DNA of 64,000 nucleotides from a virus: IMG/VR virus record IMGVR_UViG_3300045988_063132, positions 32,001 to 96,000 of that record; one strand, 5' to 3'. Shown piece by piece: positions 58,301 to 64,000 of this stretch (position 1 is its first letter; each line of letters starts with the position of its first letter). The notes under the pieces were generated by a model. It saw only the letters and a program-made list of their open reading frames with translations, ran no database searches and was not told where the DNA came from. The position numbers and the translations under genes were made by a program.

Positions 58301-59516
58301 TACCACCGTATACATACTTACCTGTAGCATCTGGAGCATATAAATACTGACTAGTATCATCATAGTTTGCAGGACAAATACAGTCGTGATTAGTTGGTAT
58401 ATCTTTAGTACTTATTTCTGAAGTAGAAAATGTTATAGAATCCTGTCCAGATGTAGAAGTTAATAATATTTGACCATTCTTATTGCATCTGTATGCTCTA
58501 GCATCAAATTCATCATCACTAATATCCCAAGTCTGTTCAGTGATATTAGCAGCAAATAACATATTGTCTTTAGATTCTATTACTTTGGGAGTAAATATAT
58601 AAGTACTTAAACCATTGAATTCTTCTAGAGTAAGCTCATCGATAACTGAACCACCTTTATCTTCATAAACTAAAGTATTATTTGAAATACTTATTTCATC
58701 TATCACTGTGATAACGGGTTCTGCAGTATTACTAGAGTAATATATAGAAATTATTCTAGCTCTACTAAAAGAGTTAGTATCAACAGTAGTCTGTAGTTTA
58801 ATGGACCTATTAGTAGTTTCTTCTTTAGAACTACCATAGATATCTTGGCTATTGGTGTTTTCTAAACTCCTAGATACTGTAATAATTGGAGATAAAACAG
58901 ATATAGATGTTTCAGATGTTCTGGGATTAAACAATTGATAACAATATTGATATTTACCTGCTTTCAATCCACCTGTACCTAAACCTTTAAAGAATAAAGG
59001 TGGTAATTGACTCTTTGGTGATATGTTTAAAGAGTCTACATTAAGATTAGGATGAGTTGTAGCTACATTCAATACCCTAATCTGATGTACACCATCACAC
59101 CAGTATATCTTAACTAAATCGTCAGATTCCCATTTACAAACACTACTAACCGCATAATGACCATCTATAATAGGAATATCCAATGTCACATTAGACGCTA
59201 CTGTAGTTACTATAGGTTCAGTTTCAGATGCACCAAAATCGTATCTATAGATATTGAAGTTACTACCTTTCTTAGTAAACACAATTGCCCAATCCCTAAT
59301 TGCATTTGTATGGACTATTGTTTCACCATTCAAAGTCAATGTAGGATTGAGCTTACGAACGCCTTCAATATTCTGCATTACTCCAGTAGAACTATTATCA
59401 TTGGCAATAATACGTATATTTTCTGCCCATTGATACTGGTCTGAACTTATGACTGAATAATCTAAGTCACAATTCATACCTTTTGTCCACGTATTTGTTT
59501 GTCTTTGTGCATTCAT
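55392..59516 (-). CDS. large beta-rich structural protein (1374 aa), candidate tail fibre or receptor-binding or major structural protein
   Basis: S/T/N/Y/G-rich composition typical of beta-structure fibre proteins; operon member. Confidence 0.55.
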   Translation of the reverse strand: MNAQRQTNTWTKGMNCDLDYSVISSDQYQWAENIRIIANDNSSTGVMQNIEGVRKLNPTLTLNGETIVHTNAIRDWAIVFTKKGSNFNIYRYDFGASETEPIVTTVASNVTLDIPIIDGHYAVSSVCKWESDDLVKIYWCDGVHQIRVLNVATTHPNLNVDSLNISPKSQLPPLFFKGLGTGGLKAGKYQYCYQLFNPRTSETSISVLSPIITVSRSLENTNSQDIYGSSKEETTNRSIKLQTTVDTNSFSRARIISIYYSSNTAEPVITVIDEISISNNTLVYEDKGGSVIDELTLEEFNGLSTYIFTPKVIESKDNMLFAANITEQTWDISDDEFDARAYRCNKNGQILLTSTSGQDSITFSTSEISTKDIPTNHDCICPANYDDTSQYLYAPDATGKYVYGGIGKNISYRFIKTNLIESDAPTSRTGYAEDSFSLNSKARSTSTLDLYNIEEDGSWSDAGSLQFADATAKILNYSNSEVESMVRSYMRDEIYRFAIVFYNEENVASSAHWIADIRMPKASAPGYNIFTSGMRVDIGGNTTNSLEVVTHPLGVQFTVNIPSDLIQSKKITGYEIVRCERTISDRTILMQGAVSCVCNYDNTNQLTAFPYLTYSTSHGMVSQNNKYAHAFDFSSQNANEYFLFISPEICVNRTNASEVTGRATEIKGIYRLRSSISPDESMGNGTPANDKVVPNGDKVKVLVGAKASKHDLKNITSNTSTSWAKNSGWAYTSVTAIGDSIKQSTANNAIYIGAESWYDATLAKYYNKVTTGGYNSASIQDITIATNTDPFDLDDDAWRTKATNVGSMVYYNWVYGDTSKANDYDDNNVRKVGPHGVCAIFQSTDMTSRNTMVGEVPELAAGPESANAILIANLRQSVTPYGGNSYATRQNSVYIGTGSYVNAKDNSNTKVNVFGGDTYVGVLDYANCMFAYHNASDNYEQPDNERIRAYNGAYIPLESSINLSLRTDTVGTAKTYESGTGYANHFVENDIVQVGSIYVQNTPLYAYNDAYSAQPRAKNYVSKSIYSIDNLHTDTRVMNSEPKTNLEVTDSWTKFRVANYLDVDTRFGSINNLKLFKNNLLFWQTDAFGTLAVNERSLIQDNNAGALTLGTGGVLTRFDYFTTKNGSKENQLRTATQSDSTVYWYDADRNEICGFDNQLRTVSKLKGVQSYLHDNKDIITNDPISVYDKKYNEVLLTLEDKTLVFNEQVGAFTSFYTYRPDWYAEFTDKLMIYKNLAVYKYNSGNELDMFTGKDKISYVRFIVNDKYPQTKTFDNVEYGGDFTYDTNFDNIYFETKRQTSFTLTQDDIDYREDTYKFCVPRSSRELNEAEELVNKSYRDRMKGKYLICHYKYDCNGGNTFKVPYISTAYRYSLI

Positions 59517-60457
59517 TATGTAGTAGCATTATAAATTATTTGACGTTCCCCAGTATGACTATAAAAAGAATTATGGTCTCTAAATTCAGGTACAATTTTA
59601 TTCCAATTGTTTTTTATAGATTCTAGACCATCTTCATTAGGCATCAATGCTTCAGCATATGCTTGATTCCTATAGAAGTTCCAAGATCTACGAATATCAT
59701 AATATACTTCCCTATTCATTCTGCCATTAAGATACTCTGGGTATTTCATTTTCATTGTAACATACCAGTAAATAGCTTCTTTATAAGACATTAAGTCTGG
59801 TATCAACGGATAACTTTCTTTATCAGTAGGTATAGCGCTGTATGATAATTTTAAATAACCATTTGGTACATTGGTCATTATAAAACCTGGTTTCACGGTA
59901 TATTGAAAACCTAAACTAGGATTTGTGGAGCTTATAGAATTTAAACTGTGAATATCATAAGTATGTAAGTTGATTAAATTAGATAAGATAGTTCTAAGAT
60001 TTTGATTACTATTAATCATTTCAATAGCTTCAGTCTTATCAATATTACCACACATATCAACTACTAGGTTTACTAGGGTATCATTCTGAATGATCATTTC
60101 CGGAGTAAGACATTCACAGTTTTCTTTACAGCAATTGTCACCACATCCCCAAACAGCAAATGATCCTGTTGCTTTCCTCATGGGAAACCAAGGGCCATTG
60201 CAATTAAATGAGTATGCCACTTGATGCAATTGATGTAGATCACAAGGCAGTGGAGCTTGATGACAATTGATCTTTACTGCGGGAACTCCCTCAACACCGG
60301 TAACTTTAGGTATAAATTGAGTAATAGCACCTATTTGTTCAATAGCTTCTCCACACCATTCTGTGATATCACTAATCTTAGTGTCATCTTCTTTGAGATC
60401 TAGGTCTGCTATGATCTTTGCTATTACAGTCTTTACAGATGTTAATTTTGTAATCAT
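59516..60457 (-). CDS. Cys-rich structural-module protein (313 aa)
   Basis: CGDNCCKENCECLT cluster; 1-nt overlap with the downstream gene. Confidence 0.55.
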   Translation of the reverse strand: MITKLTSVKTVIAKIIADLDLKEDDTKISDITEWCGEAIEQIGAITQFIPKVTGVEGVPAVKINCHQAPLPCDLHQLHQVAYSFNCNGPWFPMRKATGSFAVWGCGDNCCKENCECLTPEMIIQNDTLVNLVVDMCGNIDKTEAIEMINSNQNLRTILSNLINLHTYDIHSLNSISSTNPSLGFQYTVKPGFIMTNVPNGYLKLSYSAIPTDKESYPLIPDLMSYKEAIYWYVTMKMKYPEYLNGRMNREVYYDIRRSWNFYRNQAYAEALMPNEDGLESIKNNWNKIVPEFRDHNSFYSHTGERQIIYNATT

Positions 60458-60466
60458 ATTGTATAA

Positions 60467-60925
60467 TTATAATTCGATGTAATCTCTTACATGCTGCTTT
60501 AATATTTGTGCCAGACGTCTCTTATTATCCCTAGTCATAACTAACTGATATTTAGTTTTATTCTTAGTAAGCATATTCTGTTTATTGTGATAAAATCTAT
60601 ATTTAAAACCCCCAGTATGTTCGTTAAGATGGTAAATTACTTTGTTGTATTTTTTACTTTCAGCGTAATCTATCCTTAAACTCTTACCAGTATATTCTTT
60701 AGGTTTATGCTTTACTATGGATAATGTACCCATTCTACAAGGTAATCTGACTTCTTTTCCGTTTTCAATTATCTCGTCTCTTAAGTATCTAAAGTAATCT
60801 GAAACAATTTGTCTAAATACTTTATAAGAAACCTGATATAGTGGATTGTCTTCTACATAATTACAATAACTATCATAAAAGTCAGCAATCGTATAAGCTT
60901 TTCTATTGTATTTAGTTTCTTGCAT
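60467..60925 (-). CDS. hypothetical structural-module protein (152 aa)
   Basis: ORF track. Confidence 0.5.
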   Translation of the reverse strand: MQETKYNRKAYTIADFYDSYCNYVEDNPLYQVSYKVFRQIVSDYFRYLRDEIIENGKEVRLPCRMGTLSIVKHKPKEYTGKSLRIDYAESKKYNKVIYHLNEHTGGFKYRFYHNKQNMLTKNKTKYQLVMTRDNKRRLAQILKQHVRDYIEL

Positions 60926-61586
60926 TCAGTTCGTTGTTAACGTCGTTTGTACTATTGTTTGTGGTGTCACTAGGGACTCGTAACATGATATTCAATTCTC
61001 TTTCAAATATCATCTGTTTAATTATAGGTATCATATTTGCTGGTACTGGATATGGAGTATCATCTCTATCAAAACATTCGCCAGCTTGGGTAGGATCTTC
61101 TAATATACCTTCTATCTTAACATATTCTAAATGTTCAGGACCAAGTATATACAGATGATTACCTTTTATATAAGCGATGTAATCACTACAAGTATATTTT
61201 CTACTTACTTGATATTTAGCTTTTGTTTCTGTACCTAATTGAATTAAATCACCATTCATATCTTTTACAGCAACCAAACCTAAACCAAAATGTAAGTCAA
61301 TGAAATTAGGTATTTCTTCATCTGATTTGTAGTTATAACCACCAGTACAATTACTTACTTTAGATATATGCAAAGGTCCAATAGTTTGTACATACTCTGG
61401 ATTTATATCTCTACCCTTATCTAGATCCTGTTTAATTAAATATGCTCTATATTGATGTATCCATTGCTCTATCTGTATGCGGGATAGCTTTTCACTTTCG
61501 CTAACATCACTATCCCTCACAGTAAGGATGATATCATCTATAATAGTATTCAATGAATTAAATGTCATAATCTTCAGTATTTGCAC
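60912..61586 (-). CDS. hypothetical structural-module protein (224 aa)
   Basis: ORF track. Confidence 0.5.
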   Translation of the reverse strand: MQILKIMTFNSLNTIIDDIILTVRDSDVSESEKLSRIQIEQWIHQYRAYLIKQDLDKGRDINPEYVQTIGPLHISKVSNCTGGYNYKSDEEIPNFIDLHFGLGLVAVKDMNGDLIQLGTETKAKYQVSRKYTCSDYIAYIKGNHLYILGPEHLEYVKIEGILEDPTQAGECFDRDDTPYPVPANMIPIIKQMIFERELNIMLRVPSDTTNNSTNDVNNELNARN

Positions 61587-61842
61587 TCCATTTATCTGAA
61601 GTAATTAAACTATTGAATTCTATTGTTGCAGCTTCATATACTGGAAAAGGATAATTAGCAGCATTATTATTTTCATCTTCTTCCAGTGTCATTACAGGCG
61701 AAAATAACGTATCATAATGCTCGATATGAAGCATAACTTCTGTTCCATCTGTACTCATTCTTGGACTGTCTATACCTAATTTTTTCTTTATTTCTTCCGG
61801 TATAGTATCAAACAGTTCTCTTGGAATTACTATATATCTCAT
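61558..61842 (-). CDS. hypothetical protein (94 aa)
   Basis: ORF track. Confidence 0.45.
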   Translation of the reverse strand: MRYIVIPRELFDTIPEEIKKKLGIDSPRMSTDGTEVMLHIEHYDTLFSPVMTLEEDENNNAANYPFPVYEAATIEFNSLITSDKWSANTEDYDI

Positions 61843-61843
61843 C

Positions 61844-63907
61844 TCACTTTGCTTTTAAAGTTTGTAAATAGTTATATGCTTTGATACAGTCGTCTTTGGA
61901 GAGGAGCTGGTTGTTGTAGATGCCCAAGTTTTTGAAAGCCATTTTGGTGAAATCTCTGTTAAAGTACCCAATAGCCATTACCCCTTTACTAATTGTAGCC
62001 TCCTGTTCTATATTGTTTCTTATTTCCTGCCAGTCATTAAGATATATGCGACCATCAGAACAGATAGCTTTTAAAGATTTAACATCTTCAACAGAAAATC
62101 CCTGTCCGGCGTTTATATATTTATACACAAATATTCCATAATCTCTATTGTATAAGTAGAAAGAGTAAACTTTTGTTAAGCCAGCATTCTTATTTTCGTT
62201 AGTTATAAATTCCCAATTTCCAACAATCGTCCAATCCTCGTTCAATGTAAAAGCAGCACTTCGAACCTCATCATCCACCCCATCAGTAACTAGATAGCCT
62301 TCGTATTCGGGGATTTGCTCTATAGTAATATCACAGGTTTCTTGTATTTTATCTAATGTAAATCCATACCAATCTCCATTTGCTTTAAATGGAAAAGACG
62401 GTAATGTATAAGTTCCATCTTCTGATATTTTGTATATCTGTTGTCCTTCAGAAGTTACTTGTTTATAGGATAGAGTTTGACCATCTTTCAGTCCATAAAC
62501 TTTTATCTTATAAGAAGGAACTGTAAAAGAAGGTTGTTCAGGATAGGATTGATAATATAACTGTGTAGACGCAACTTTAACTGAAGTTATATTTACAGAA
62601 TAACTCGTCCAAGTTAAATCCGCTCTATTAGTAGATTTAACCCATCTACCACCAGCATAATTCTCACCATACAACCCATACCCACTCCCTTCTGCAAACC
62701 CAAAATTCGACAGTATAAGATCATTACCATTGCCCGTAATGTTGGCAATAGTAGCACGATCTTCGTCCTCGTTGGTTTTGCCTACCACTGTCCATGCCTG
62801 GTCGGGGAAGAGCCAGGGATAGGTTTTGACGAAGTAGTCTTTGATCTTGGTCAGTTCTTCTTCGGTGGCATCGTGGTCGAGAAATACAAGTTCCCAAATG
62901 GCAGCGTTAATATAAGTTCCTACATTAGTTGGAGCTAATTTCCCAACATGTAGCACATCTGTTCCCTCAAAATTACCAGTTGTAATCGAAACACCATTAT
63001 AACTTTTAGATGTCTGATAAGTAAGGATGTGTGGTAAATCCATTTCACTCCCTATTGCTCCAAAAGATATAGGCTTATTAAGATGATCGGCTTGTATATT
63101 TCTATATTCTAACAAGAAGGCACCATTATTGAGCCAATTCTTTGTATTAGATACTAATCCTAATGCTCTTTCTCTCCTTGTAATCCACTGTCTCAACGCC
63201 ACAACCGTATATCCCTTTTCTTTAGTCAGAATAGGAAAGTTATCACAGACACCGTAATCATCTACTCCGTCAAAGACGAGTGCACCTGGATAGAGGGGAA
63301 GAATTTCAATCGTAAACTCTCCTCTGGTTGCACTGACCCCATTATAGAAATATAATGACCTATCCGTATTTATAACATCAATGTCGACTGTATAAATACC
63401 ATCTTGAGTCCACTTTCCGTATACATTACTTGGAGAACTGGTGTCCGAAAGAGAGAGAGTATTGCCATCAACTAATCCAGTGACCTTAAATGTGAATTGA
63501 GCATGCTGCGTACCAGAAGAAACAGCCACCATATAGTACTTATCCGGAGTAAATTCATATTTGTCGTAATAAGTTGACACGCCACCAACCCCAGACATCC
63601 CACCCCAAAGGAAGTTCTTCATTTGCAAGTCATGTCCATTACCTGTCTTATCTACCCACACAGGATTTTCTTTCATCTGCTCATTAGTAAGACCGGAAGC
63701 GGAATATCTTGCAATCATACCAGGAATAGATGGGAAATCATCATCGTCGCCTTCTGAAGTAGGGGTATAAAGACCGTATTTACGTTGAGCTTGTTCTTCC
63801 ATTAATTTCCTGTATTGTTCATACCAAGACTTATAATCTAATACAGGACCTGCTACACTTATAAGCTTATCTGTATCTTCTACATGTGTTTCATAATGTT
63901 TCTTCAT
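61844..63907 (-). CDS. large beta-rich structural protein (687 aa), candidate tail fibre or appendage
   Basis: ORF track; contains the YTPTSEGDDDD segment encoded by the 24-nt repeat. Confidence 0.6.
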   Translation of the reverse strand: MKKHYETHVEDTDKLISVAGPVLDYKSWYEQYRKLMEEQAQRKYGLYTPTSEGDDDDFPSIPGMIARYSASGLTNEQMKENPVWVDKTGNGHDLQMKNFLWGGMSGVGGVSTYYDKYEFTPDKYYMVAVSSGTQHAQFTFKVTGLVDGNTLSLSDTSSPSNVYGKWTQDGIYTVDIDVINTDRSLYFYNGVSATRGEFTIEILPLYPGALVFDGVDDYGVCDNFPILTKEKGYTVVALRQWITRRERALGLVSNTKNWLNNGAFLLEYRNIQADHLNKPISFGAIGSEMDLPHILTYQTSKSYNGVSITTGNFEGTDVLHVGKLAPTNVGTYINAAIWELVFLDHDATEEELTKIKDYFVKTYPWLFPDQAWTVVGKTNEDEDRATIANITGNGNDLILSNFGFAEGSGYGLYGENYAGGRWVKSTNRADLTWTSYSVNITSVKVASTQLYYQSYPEQPSFTVPSYKIKVYGLKDGQTLSYKQVTSEGQQIYKISEDGTYTLPSFPFKANGDWYGFTLDKIQETCDITIEQIPEYEGYLVTDGVDDEVRSAAFTLNEDWTIVGNWEFITNENKNAGLTKVYSFYLYNRDYGIFVYKYINAGQGFSVEDVKSLKAICSDGRIYLNDWQEIRNNIEQEATISKGVMAIGYFNRDFTKMAFKNLGIYNNQLLSKDDCIKAYNYLQTLKAK

Positions 63908-63977
63908 ACTTATAAGTTATTTATTGTTATTGTTATTTGTTCTTTATTATCCATCGCCTTCTGAAGTAGGGGTATAA
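63747..63977. repeat. 24-nt perfect direct repeat TCGCCTTCTGAAGTAGGGGTATAA (63747-63770 and 63954-63977)
   Basis: Exact duplicate spanning the start of CDS 61844..63907; one copy codes YTPTSEGD, the other lies in a different frame within the upstream gene's 3' end. Confidence 0.7.
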
Positions 63978-64000
63978 GCTTGTTATAAGCTACAGTAGAA
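63910..64000 (-). CDS. C-terminal end of an upstream minus-strand gene (partial; ...KLIPLLQKAMDNKEQITITINNL*)
   Basis: Open frame to the window edge with TAA (plus strand TTA 63910-63912) two nt before the next ATG; only 29 codons visible. Confidence 0.35.
   Translation of the reverse strand, partial: STVAYNKLIPLLQKAMDNKEQITITINNL

Noticed and set aside
31589-62141. Many 60-100-aa plus-strand ORFs inside the giant minus-strand genes (e.g. 33620..33991, 45230..45532, 55059..55337, 59157..59444, 61920..62141)
   Set aside because: Antisense artefacts within long, clearly coding minus-strand ORFs; S/L/F/I-rich, with no independent signals.
1-64000. CRISPR arrays, integrase or excisionase, reverse transcriptase (diversity-generating retroelement, group II intron), rRNA
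   Set aside because: No spaced identical repeats of CRISPR type, no tyrosine or serine recombinase motifs and no reverse-transcriptase YxDD motif were seen in any ORF. The genome segment looks strictly lytic.

Overview
This window reads as part of a lytic tailed phage genome: AT-rich (about 30% GC), tightly packed and lacking Shine-Dalgarno sites. Gene content and translation signals suggest a Bacteroidota host, possibly a crAss-like (Crassvirales) phage, but no hallmark such as the DxDGD virion RNA polymerase motif was seen. Layout: positions 1-1700 carry small early genes on the minus strand. A divergent control region at ~1700-1916 holds direct repeats and a GC-rich hairpin. Positions 1917-31455 are a long plus-strand replication and early block. 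It encodes an ECF-type sigma-70 factor, a family B DNA polymerase with 3'-5' exonuclease, a DnaB-like helicase, a DnaG/Toprim primase and a split Sak4/AAA_24-like ATPase. It also has an SSB-like protein, two calcineurin-like phosphoesterases, an Hjc/VRR-NUC-like resolvase, a RecB-like nuclease, an HNH endonuclease and tRNA or tRNA-like genes. A bidirectional terminator sits at ~31.5 kb. Positions 31552-64000 are a minus-strand late and virion block. It holds a 1996-aa polyvalent protein (P-loop, PARP/Tpt1-like ADP-ribosyltransferase motif, HExxH zincin, PD-(D/E)xK-like segment) and a 3447-aa plus 913-aa giant protein. That giant gene is interrupted by a group I intron carrying a LAGLIDADG homing endonuclease. 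The block continues with an operon of large structural proteins. A second group I intron, carrying an EndoVII/HNH-type endonuclease, splits the Sak4-like ATPase gene. A 2.35-kb coding-void, GC-enriched region (14470-16819) and several smaller ORF-free GC islands look like structured non-coding RNA or regulatory DNA. No CRISPR array, integrase, reverse transcriptase or rRNA was seen.
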